64,000 bases of DNA, from NCBI GenBank assembly GCA_043228905.1, contig JBHGNT010000002.1, positions 1,240,001 through 1,304,000 of the forward strand, in the 5' to 3' direction. Numbering within the stretch: position 1 is the stretch's first letter; each line of letters starts with the position of its first letter. Shown piece after piece: positions 52,183-62,977 of the stretch. The notes under the pieces are model-generated. The model did no database searches. It was not told the origin of the DNA and saw only the letters and a program-made list of their open reading frames with translations. The position numbers were made by a program, and so were the translations under genes. The stretch is from Azolla caroliniana (Eukaryota > Plantae > Polypodiophyta).

Positions 52183-54298
52183 TCTCAGTTCTCGCCACCG
52201 AGGGATTCGCAGTTTCGCTCGTGGTTCTGCCGCACCGTCAAAAATTAGACCAAATGGCGCCCGTCCTGGCTTTTGACCCTAGCGTAGGCCGAACCGTTGT
52301 CCAGCACCTTGGTCTCCATTCGCGCCGCCGTGATGTATGGTTCCCCTAATATGACCGGGTGCGAGGACGTCTCCTGTACGAAGAAGTGCTGGTCAATCTC
52401 GACGTCACCGATCTTGACTCGCACGTTCGGGCAGGCCCCATGCAGTTCCTCTGTGGCGCGTGTCGCCGCCCGTATCTTCCACCCATGCTTGGTGTTGATC
52501 GGCCACTTCCCCTTCTTATAGAAGTCCATGGACATCAGGTTTATTTCCGAACCGTGGTCCACCAGTGCCACCACCGGTTCCTGAACCTCTCCGATTTTTA
52601 CCGGGGTCTCCGTGGTCGCTCGGGCCCAGTGCGGCCTCGAATAGTGGCTCTCCGCCCACTCGTCTTTCATCGCCATGTCGTCGATGTGCGTCGTCCGCAC
52701 CTCCACTGGTCTTTCCGGTTCCGTCTCCGTCGACAGCCTCTTCCGTTTCACCAGGTCCACAATGGAGTCGTGGAATTCCTTCTTGGCGATCCCTAGCACC
52801 TCCCGTAATGATAACTCCACTTTGCTGTCGAGGATCCGTTCTTCTAGGACCTTTCGTAGGTCCGTGGTCCTTTCTATTTCCGTCCCCAGTCGGTATCCGC
52901 CCTTCCTGGGGTTATCTTGCGCGTTGGACCCACCGGCTTCGTTCTGTCGTTGCCCGAATCGGGTCTCGTATCGTTGTGAGGGCCCAGCCGCTCCGGCTTT
53001 CCCCACTCGTTTGTCTTCTACTAGAGCCTCGTAGTTCCGGCAGGCGGCTTCTACGAAGCCCGTCTTCTCCTCGACCGGGTCGCTCCACCCGGTTATTTCC
53101 CGGAACCGTCTCTTAGCGCGGTCCGTTTCATCTTTCCTCAGCCGTGCACCGGCGAGGCCTTCCAGCATTGCCGACCAGAATTCGTCTTTGCTCTCCTTTC
53201 GGGCCTCGCCGCCCCCGACCCGAATGCCGGCCGACGCCGAGTAGTGGATGGCCTCCACGTGTCGGGTCGCTGCCTCTTCCATCAGTCTCTTCATACCTCC
53301 TCGCCCGTCGTTTCGGTTTAGGGCCCTTCTGGTGTCGCCGGCGTGCACCCGGCCTTCCCACAGGTACACCACCCGGTTCCTCAACGCCTCTGCGAAATCG
53401 CCGCAGTCCTTCCGAATGTGGCCGACCTCGTCGCACCACATGCACCTGTTCCCCGTTGCCGGCCGTCGGTCACGAGCCGGTTCGCCGCCTTCCCTTCGAG
53501 TCTGGGCGATCTGGAGATCCTTTATCGCCCGCGTCAACTCCTCCAGCGCTGCTCCTCCAGACGAGCCATTGACCATGCCGGTCGAAGCCGGACCGGTTTC
53601 GAGCCATTCCCGGGTTTCTTCCCTTCGCACTTGCGGTGCCGGTTCAAGCCTCTTTGCTGTGACAGAGCCCGCACCGGCCGCCCCGCTGTCAGCCCATTCT
53701 CGCCGTTTGTTGAAACGGCCACAGACTCTCTTAACCACAGCCCAGTCGGTTGTCAGCCCGTCTTCGGTTTCCGGCAAGGAGCCGACTTGATCCCGGTCCC
53801 GTTCGTCCACCGACTTGACGAACAGTAGGACCCGACTCGTATCCAGAATGGTTCGGTCAAGCGTCGAAAGGCGCTCAAAGCGTTCTTCGAACTCCCGGAG
53901 GAGTGCCAACGCGTTTCTTCCTTTGCCGGGGGACTCCACCGATTCCATGAAGTCCCGTTTCGAAAGCCGGAGCGCGTCGTCCAGCCCATATTTCTCTAGG
54001 AGTCAGCCTTCGAACTCCTCCCAGGTATGGCTCTCCGCCCGTACCTCGAGCACCTCCGCATGGATGCTCGGCATCGCCACTCGAGGGAACTCGGCAAGAC
54101 GCCTCTCTTCCGGAATGTCCCGCATTAGCATTTCCGCCCCGGAGGACGCCAAATACTTTGTAGCATCCTTTCCGCTGAACCGGCCGATCGTACCGACAAC
54201 CGCCTCAAGGGCTCTGTCGAGGGCGCCGGTGCCCTCGCGTGTGCTCAATATCCGATCCACGGCCGAAGCCATGGTCTCTGCAAGATCCAACCCCCTCA
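52173..54298 (-). pseudogene. gag: Gag-protease ORF of the GC-rich gypsy element, with in-frame premature stops
   Basis: GRFSGKDATKYL, CMWCDEVGHIRKDC knuckle and LVDHGSEIN protease, all in one frame. Stops at 54005-54003 (TGA), 52247-52245 (TAA) and ~52185 are each compatible with a C>T change. Confidence 0.8.
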
Positions 54299-55738
54299 TC
54301 TTCTGCTCTTTTGCCGCCTCCTTCACGTCGGGTTCACCAAGATGTCGAGGTATTCCTCGCGGATGCGTGGAGTGAGGCGGGACCTCGGGGGTCCTGTACC
54401 GAAGAGCAAGAGAGAAAGAGAAGAGACCCACTACGTGCGAGCGTAGATCCACAGGGACACGGCCCTTCGACGCAAAGACGCGAGTGGGACAGCGACACAG
54501 AGAGACACGAAGGTATGTATGTATTAACGAAGACAACAACAAGAACACGAAAGCAACAAAACACGAAGTCGGTTACAACCGAACAGGCCGGCGAACAGAT
54601 GCCGATGCCTGTTCGTAAACGTACAGAAAGAAAGGAGTAGGTTGGAGGTGCTGCCGGAAGCACTCGGGCATTCCTCAGAGCAGCGTGAGCCTCCCGAAAC
54701 CTGCACAGAAAGAAGCTATGGAGTTTGCGAGCCAGAGAGAGAGAGAAGCCTTCGCACACAAACCGACAACATTTCGTCCTCGACTCTCCGCGATGCCTCT
54801 CCCCTCCTTGTCTCCCTCCTTTTATAGGCAAGGAAGGAGCCGGTTCCTATTAACTTCCTACCTACCGAGGATCTTCTATGTACAACATAAGGCGCACGTG
54901 TATGAAGAGCCGGTTCCTACGCTCCGGTGCACCGATTCCGCTTGTGGAGGTTTTCTTCACGACAACGTGCTTGGATTGCTTGAAGGCTCGGGTGGGCTTG
55001 GATTGTCCTTTGGTAGAGGACTTGTTCGAATATCGTCCTTCAAGTTGATGTTCAACTCTTCCTCGGTCAAGTCGGGTGGAGCTGAATTGGGCTTATACCA
55101 AGATGCTGATTCGTCGAAGACTACATCCTGACTTATTTGAACTGCTCGGGTCGAGGGGTTGAAGCACTTGTATGCCTTCTTCTCGGATGAGTATCCTACG
55201 ATGATACATTTCTCTGACTTCGCGTCGGGCTTCTATTGTTGTTCGTTTGGGATGCGTACATTCACAATGCTTCCGAGCACCTTGAGGTGCGACAGGATTG
55301 ACTTCCTTCCCACAAGGAGCTTGTATGGAGTTAGCTCATGCACTCCATTGGTGGTGCATCGATTCATGAGGTAGACGACAGTGGATGCCACTTCGGCCCA
55401 ATAGAAGTTCGACATGTGCTTCTCATGCATCATGGCGCGTGCTACCTCGAGTATGTGCCGATTCTTCCATTCGGTGACTCCATTTTGTTGGGGTGTGTGT
55501 CGGCATGAGAATTCTCTTCGGATGCCTTCACTTTGGAGGTAGGAGGTGAATTCGTCGGAGAAGTACTCCTTTCCTCCATCCAATCGTAAGCATCGAATGT
55601 GCCGACCAGTTTCTTTTTCCACTTGGCCCTTGAGCTTTTGGAAGTGGGAAAGCACTTCGCTCTTCTTCTTCATCGGAAAGATCCACGTGTAGCGAGAATA
55701 GTCGTTGATGAATGTGATGTAGTATCGGCATCCACCGA

Positions 55739-56324
55739 TGTCGTGAAGTACGAAAGCTTCACATTAAAAGTCTACAATAAGATAAATACGTAACTAAAAT
55801 AAAATAAATCTTGATAATATTTTATACATAAAGATAATATTAACAACACACTATCATAATATTATACATTATATGTAGAGGCAAATAAAGGGTATATATA
55901 TTATATTACATGGACAAAAGTGGACTTGAACCAATAACCCCCACCTTATTATTCTCAAACCTTACCATTTACCCAATATCCATGATTTGTATATTTATGC
56001 ATGTTATGTTATTTGAATTGATAATGTATAGTCTAAACTATGTAATGTACTACATGTGCACCATATAGCACACATGCAAGAGCCCTCTTTGCATGTGTGA
56101 CATATGGTCCACATGCAAAACCATCCCCTTCCTATAAAAGGAGAAGGGAGTATAGTCAAAAGAATATCTAAGGAATCGATCAATATCAAAAGAACTATAG
56201 TATATATATCAATAGAATCAAATAAAGTTATGTTGTAAGAGATATCACAATAGAGAAAGAAGAAAAGAAGGTCAATATACAAGAGAAGTTCTAACTTGGC
56301 GGTTGTGGTGCTCAACTCTCAACA
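55739..56324 (+). mobile_element. probable solo/truncated LTR inserted in the copia integrase
   Basis: Starts TGTCGTGAAG where copia coding sequence breaks, has CCTATAAAAG at 56131 and ends CTCTCAACA. No TSD verified. Confidence 0.45.
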
Positions 56325-56503
56325 AAAAGGGTGGATGTTTGAGTCTTATCTCATGGAAAGATAGAAGAGAAGATTGTGGTCTACTATCAAGAAAGAGAAG
56401 AGTGATAAAAGTGAAGATTGTGTTCTACTTGAGACCTTTGGCATATATGGCCGATTTCACCTCGTTCGAATCGAGGATGAACATGCAACCGTCTCTCCGT
56501 CCC

Positions 56504-57901
56504 TGTCATGAAGACATACATTTTGGCCTTACAAGGCCAATTCGAGCCCAAGACATCTTGGTCTATATGTTAGACCTTTAACCATTATAAAAACATATAT
56601 GATGTATAATTATAATAAATCTATTATTAGTTATTACAAGATATTTAGAGTATTCTAGAACATTCTAGGATATTCCATGATTATATTAAATATCATAAAT
56701 ATCTGAAATATTCTAGAACGTTCTAGAATACTCCATAAGGACCTATAAATAGATGTCTATTCATTCATCACAACTCATTCGGTTCAAACTGTTGAGACTC
56801 GTGAGTAGGAGAGAGAGAGAGAGAGAAGAAATGGAAATGAGATTATATTATGAGGAAACAAGGTTACAAAGAGTAGGCTAAGGGAAGAAGAAGAAGAAAT
56901 TGGAGAAGAAGAAAAGAAGATTCGGTGATTACGACAAGGAGATCATCCTGCTTCCGCTTATACTGCAGATTTTCGCCTTCTAGCATGTGATATTCCATGG
57001 GATGAGGCGGCGTTAATGGACCAATTTCGTCAAGGTTTGTGCAATGATGTGAAGGATTTACTTCTTACCTTCCACGATGGTCCAAAATCTCTTACCGAAG
57101 CAGTAAGTCGGGTCGTGTGATGTGACAATCGCTTATTCGAGCGATGTTCTGAGCACCAACAAATGTTACGCTTCCGACCAATAGAAACATATGCTTCGGT
57201 CGTTGCAACTCCACCCCAAGTATCAAAGTCAAGTTTGGTGGAAGGCCCTACTCCAATGAAAATTGAGACAACACGACGTCGAGGACCATTATTGGATGCT
57301 AAAAAGCAACGATGGCGAGCGAATTGTCTATGCCTCTATTGTGGTGGTCCAGGGCATATTGTTGTGAATTGTCCACATAAACCACGACGACAAGTTAACC
57401 AAGTAAGTGCTCATGACAATCCTATCTCAATTTCTGCCCCACTTTCTCGTAACCCAAGTAGGCCTAGTAGTCCATGTCATAAAAATACTTTTGATGTCTT
57501 GAGCGAATTAGATGAAGTGTTAAACAAGTAAGTCCAGCCAAAATCGGAGCCATTTGGTTGGACAACCCTAGGCACATAACATCCGTCCCTAGTTGTGGTT
57601 CCATTTCATCTGATCAAGTTAGTCGAGTTTTCTCTACACAAGTTGAGCTTAACACATCTAGGTGCCATCAGGTCCCAGAATCTGCCCTCTTAGACTCTGG
57701 AGCCAACTCTTGTTTCATGGATCGTGAGTTTGCTATAATGCATAATATTCAGTTGCATAAGCTACCAAGCCCAGTGTTGTCGAAGTCATTGATGGACGCC
57801 CCATAACATAAAGTGATATAGTTGAAGAGTTTGAACGAATTTGTGTAGTCCTAGGCAATTTGGCTAGGATCATCTCATTCAACATCATTAATAGTCCAGA
57901 G
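56504..57901 (+). mobile_element. degenerate, rearranged copy of the chromovirus family (U3, inverted U5-R, partial gag-protease)
   Basis: Begins TGTCATGAAGACATACAT like the intact LTR. The gag 3' half (CLYCGGPGHIVVNC) and protease (LLDSGANSCFMD) resemble 36600-37590, with stops and frameshifts. Confidence 0.88.
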
Positions 57902-57981
57902 TATCACCCACACAGGGTTCTTGGCGTCTGCTGTTACACACACAGCTATGCGCCACTCTTCTCCTCTCTCTCTCTCTCTCA

Positions 57982-58044
<63 letters not shown>

Positions 58045-59073
58045 TCTCATGCGTCTCTCTTACACATACTTCTATTGTCATCACACCTATGTTTTGCCAT
58101 ATATGTATATATATATATATATATATATAGATATAGATATATATATATATAGATATATATATATATATAGATATACTGATACATCGTGTGGGCTATTTAC
58201 AATTGTAGCCACTGCTACATATCATTACTATTATTATTACTATAATAATAATAATAATTTGTTTAAAGAGTCGACTCTTTGTTGTCGACTCTTCCGAACA
58301 GTCAGCTATTTCCGAACAGTCGGTTCTTTCAACTCTTCGACTGTCGGCTACTTCCGAAGAGTCGGTTCCTCCCATTGGAGGGACATATCCCCAACAATAT
58401 GTGACCTCCCAAAGGATGATGATTACACACTTGGATTTGTGGGATAAAGCACTTGAATACCTATCAAGATTCATTTTATTCAAGCACAACATCTTCATGC
58501 CTATTCCCATGATGCATGGTATAGAAGCAATGCCCATTCCTCATGATTCAAGGTACATCAACAAGATTTTGTAAAATGGATTTGATGATAAAAGTTGCAA
58601 ACTAGAGATGCTGCAACATCAATTAAAGTCACCACCATCTACTTTTGGTGATAGGTTTTCTTTGATTTAAAGTACCTACAAAAGTTACTTCCTATCCATT
58701 TCCCTTTCCAACAATAAAATGGTAAAGAAAAAGATGTAAGCAACTTCTAAGCATGGGTAGCCAAATGATAAATATATCATTTGAGTACACAAACAACATA
58801 CACTTCATTATACTAGAAATAACCACAAGGATATGCATAATTAATTAAGAAAGAGAGCAAGCAATAATCAAGTACCTTTTGCTCCTCATTTTGCGTAGCT
58901 TTTAAGTAATGGAATCTTGATGCTACAAAGATCACAACCTCTACCTCCATTACCATGCTGACTAAATGAAGAAATTCAATGAGATAAATCTATACCATTT
59001 CACAAGTTAGGTTGTAAGTTGAAGTTTCACTTTACCCATTAAATTTCAAAATTCATTTTCATCAAGCCATTTA

Positions 59074-59173
59074 NNNNNNNNNNNNNNNNNNNNNNNNNNN
59101 NNNNNNNNNNNNNNNNNNNNNNNNNNNNNNNNNNNNNNNNNNNNNNNNNNNNNNNNNNNNNNNNNNNNNNNNN
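59074..59173. other. assembly gap (100 N)
   Basis: Run of N. Confidence 1.
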
Positions 59174-59524
59174 AAATAAGTTGAGCAAAGCACCTTGGCA
59201 TGTTTAAAATTGGTTTCGAGAAGGGATATAAAATGTTGAGAATCAAACTCAATTTCCCTAGTGTAGGAACACACCTTAGGAATAGTCAAGTGTGTGAACA
59301 CCCCACCAGTTTGTATCATAACTAATGTGTCATAGAAGCTAGGTCCTATTACACATAGTTACTAAGTAGTTAAGTCTCCACCTCCTTCCCAAGAGGTGGT
59401 TGCAAAGAGAGAACATAGAGAGAAGGTGACTACATAAGCATCTTCTTCACTTCTTTGTAATGTTGTTGGTTGTTTTATTCCCTTGTTAATACCGTTTTAT
59501 TGTTTTTCTATAAACACTGTGTTT

Positions 59525-59590
<66 letters not shown>

Positions 59591-59952
59591 CTTTTGTTGC
59601 ACAGAATCACACTCGATTCTTTACATGGTATCAGAGCGATTGGTAGCTTGATCCAAGCCCAATCGTGCTTGTTGTGCTTACATTGACGTTCACGAAGAAT
59701 TGACCAATCACTGTAGTAGCAACCCTGCACAGTTCATATCACAAAGAAGAAGAAATCACAAGTCGACCATCATGAACATTCAGATGGGCGCCTCTCTTGC
59801 AAGTGAAAAGCTGGATAGAAACAACTTCACATCTTGGGAGTACAAGATGCACCAATACCTTGTCAGCCAAGATGATTGGAGTTACATTGACGGAGCAAAA
59901 TAATGCAACCCAACCCAACACATGCCGACTACCTAACATGGGAGCAAGCGTC

Positions 59953-60696
59953 TGTCACGATATAGTGACATAAAATACATAGTTGGTGAGGATTGAACCT
60001 GCAACCTCACATCAACAAAATATCATTCTCAACCATTTTGATATGAGCATGTATTTATATATAATATACTTGATCTAGAAATACTCTCTAGTCTATACCT
60101 CTAGAAAGTTCTAGAACTAGAAGGTTCTAAAGGGTTCTAGAATATTCTAATGCATGTATTTCAACTCACAATATAAATACTTGTAACCTCCTTGGTTCCT
60201 CAAGGGATTCAAGCTGTCATAGACACACCAACCGTGGACTACGACGGAGCATGGATGAAGGACGTGGAACTAGAACTGACGATACTAGGAACTCTAGAAG
60301 CTGTGAGTGATGAGACTATGAACTTAGGAAGTTATGGAGAGCATGAATACAGAGATGAAGGAGGTAAGATGGAATGAAATGAGAATACTAGATTGATGTA
60401 TCAATGACTGGTGTTGAATCCCTTAAAAGGGACCAAGGAGGTTATGTATTTATATTGTGAGATGAAGTACATGCATTAGAATATTCTAGAGTATTCTGGA
60501 GAATATTCTAGAACCCTCTAGAACCTTCTAGTTCTAGAACTTTCTAGATGTATGTGACTAGAGAGTATTTCTAGATCAAGTATATCATATACAAACATAT
60601 GCTCATATCAAAATGGTTGAGCGTGATATCTTGTTGATGTGAGGTTGCAGGTTCAATCGTCATCAACTATGTATTTTATGTCACTGTATCGTGACA
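59953..60696. mobile_element. fold-back LTR-derived insertion: U3-primer joined to a complete inverted LTR
   Basis: ~260-280-bp inverted arms (59953-60212 vs 60414-60696), TG...CA ends and a near-perfect 5-bp TSD GCGTC/GGGTC. Removing it restores the copia gag frame WEQAS/TRVLYYLVSCVHDHML. Confidence 0.85.
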
Positions 60697-61867
60697 GGGT
60701 CAACTCGTGTGTTGTACTACCTTGTCTCATGCGTTCATGATCACATGCTTGGCTACATCAAAATGCCGAAGGAGGGGTGGGGGAACCTCAAAAAGATATT
60801 CGTAGCCAACACAAGCGCACGAAAACGTCAACCCCTCTAAGAGTTGAACAATATCCAATAGAGGGGTATGTCAATCGGTAGCTACACTTTGAAGATCAAG
60901 GAGGTGTGTGACTCCCTCGGGTCGATCAATGTCAACATTGACGACGATGAAATGGTGTAAATATGCCTCGGTGGCTTAGCACCTCCGTTCGACGCATAAA
61001 GGTCAGTCATCCTTGCAAGGGGGTATCCTCCCTCCTTCGATCTCTAGTCGATGCTATTGGTCGAAGAAAATCACATCCAAATGAGGGGTAATGTACAAGA
61101 AAGAGACATGCTCTATTGCTCTATTCGAACGCAGATGGAGGGAGGGGACACATACGTGAAAGAAGAGGCCGATTCAGCCAAGGCCAACACAACCAAGAAC
61201 AACCTCATGAACAAAATGTCTACTACTGGCAAGACGCCGCAAACACACGAGGAGCGTCTGGCAGAAGGGGGAGCCATCATGCTGGACCAAGCCGATAAAA
61301 CAACTCCGTTCAATGCGGATATTGTTATGAATATGTAGCCGACCACAGTTGGTCCACACGTACAAAATGAGAGACACAAGAACCAAGAAAACCATGAAAA
61401 CAATAGACAAGAACAAAGTACAGAGATGTATAGATATTTTAACGTGGAAAACCTTGAATGGGAAAAAACCACGGGAGTTCGCAAAGTCCAAACTAGATCA
61501 TTATAGTAGGAAGGAATACAACAGGAGACTCTAAGGCAACAACCTTGAGCTCCTCTTCGTCTGATGACAGTTACAACAAAGTTTCCTCACACTCACACTC
61601 TCTCTTACTCTTCTACTCACTAGTTACACACACTAATCTACACTCTACAACTCTGTCTACATCAACAACCACAACCATAGTACGTAATATTCGTGTTCGT
61701 TAGCCCAAACATTTGTTTTCATACATTTGAAATGAATGCGTATGTTATTAAAACATTCTTGTGTTTTGTTTTAACACTTTTTACCTTAACTTACCTTAAC
61801 TTTCTTACCCTAGATTTTTTTTACCTTATAATAAATAATGAGTGCAAAAGTATGGTATTTACCATAC

Positions 61868-62297
61868 TTAGAGGGTGTTTTTCATGATCAAATGATAAGA
61901 GTGTTCGTACATGCGAATGCACGAATGATACATATGCTTTATACTATGGCCACAATTGTTCAACTACGATCATTACTACCATAACTTCTTGCCCTAACTA
62001 TATTTATACTCATATACATATATGAATATTTACAAATATAGCCCAATCTGATTCGGTCGATTCGCCTATTAGCCGAATTGGTTAGAGGGTGTTTTTCATG
62101 ATCCAATGATAAGAATGTTCGTGCATGCGAATGCACGAATGATACATATCCTTCATACTATGGCCACAACTGTTCAACTACAATCATTACTACCATAACT
62201 ACTTGCCCTAACTATATTTATACTCATATACATATATGACTATTTACAAATATAGCCCAGTCCGATTCGGTCGATTTGGCTATTAACCGAATTGGTT
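61868..62297. repeat. 214-bp tandem duplication inside an insertion in the copia element
   Basis: TTAGAGGGTGTTTTTCATGATC...CCGAATTGG at 61868 and 62082. Confidence 0.85.
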
Positions 62298-62977
62298 ATC
62301 GATCGATTATCGGTCAGTCAATTTTCTAGCTTCGACTGAGTTATATATCGACTAATTCAACTTCCCTCTATAGTTGGTGGTAAATCGGCTCCTAACGATC
62401 TGACTCCTTGTGCAATATCCGAATTTTGAATCTGGCTTCCCGGTGAACTCTTTGATGGCCTCCAGTCTGACCAGTATGTCCAAAACAGAAGATGTATGGT
62501 TTGTTGACTCGGGTGCCTCGAACCATATGACATCTCACCAAGAATGATTTCGAGAACTAAGAGAGCCCAAACGACCCGGCCATGTGGAAACAGGTGATGA
62601 CACAACTCACCCCATTCAACATGGCGACAATGTCCCATTCGGAAAGGATGGCGAACAGATGTACATCAAGAACAACTTGCATGTTCCAACTATAATGAAG
62701 AATCTGGTCTCGGTCGACCAAATCGTAGAGCAAGGCATGCAAGTTCGGTTCAATCAAGGAGGTTGCTTCATTGAAAAGGAAGGCCGAATTATTGCTCGTG
62801 GTCGAAGGGAAGGGCGAATGTTTATCCTCGAGTAGAACGAGGTAAAATCGTCCATGTTCACAAAGGGCCACAAAGACGACACCGATATGGAGCTATGGCA
62901 CAAAAGAATCGTCCATATCAACCTCCAAAAGCTCAAAGGCATGCAGATGAAAGGAGTCATAATTGGATTCTTGACCT

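Larger units (their letters stand above)
47983..54964 (-). mobile_element. full-length GC-rich Ty3/gypsy (non-chromovirus) LTR retrotransposon
   Basis: LTRs 47983-48605 and 54343-54964 (TG...CA, ~8 differences by eye), 4-bp TSD ACGT, PBS TGGTGAACCCGACGTGA complementary to the tRNA-Trp 3' end, and PPT AGGTGGGGGCGGA. Confidence 0.93.
47061..56503 (-). mobile_element. internally deleted Ty1/copia element carrying nested insertions
   Basis: 3' LTR 47061-47481 (TG...CA) preceded on the minus strand by PPT GAGGGGACG. Integrase pieces at 54965-55738 (IRCLRLDGGKEY, TPQQNGVTE, FYWAEVASTVVYLMNR), linker 47482-47982 and a pre-integrase piece at ~56425-56503. RT/RNase H are missing. Confidence 0.75.
59201..62977 (+). 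mobile_element. degenerate Ty1/copia 5' part (LTR, tRNA-iMet PBS, gag, protease, GAG-pre-integrase) with nested insertions
   Basis: LTR ends TTACA at 59625, followed by PBS TGGTATCAGAGC (59626-59637). Gag EKLDRNNFTSWEYKM; protease DSGASNHMT (~62505); ELWHKRIVHIN (~62890). The LTR start is approximate. Confidence 0.8.

Noticed and set aside
47785-55131. Dozens of overlapping ORFs on both strands in and around the GC-rich gypsy element
   Set aside because: They are antisense or alternate-frame shadows of GC-rich gag/pol and LTR sequence, with no recognisable domains.
58270-58372. Short repeats TTCCGAACAGTC(A/G)G resembling a CRISPR array
   Set aside because: Eukaryotic context, no unique spacers of regular length and no cas genes. 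Probably TE subterminal repeats.
57860-58447. His/Thr-rich ORFs (HTHTHT), also at 29034-29276 and 59483-59686
   Set aside because: They are translations of (CA)n/(TA)n microsatellites.
59953-60696. DIRS-like element (inverted LTRs) or ordinary DNA-transposon MITE
   Set aside because: There is no tyrosine recombinase or ICR, and DIRS elements make no TSD. The 5-bp TSD, TG...CA ends, TATA, HSE and primer/PBS layout match chromovirus LTRs.
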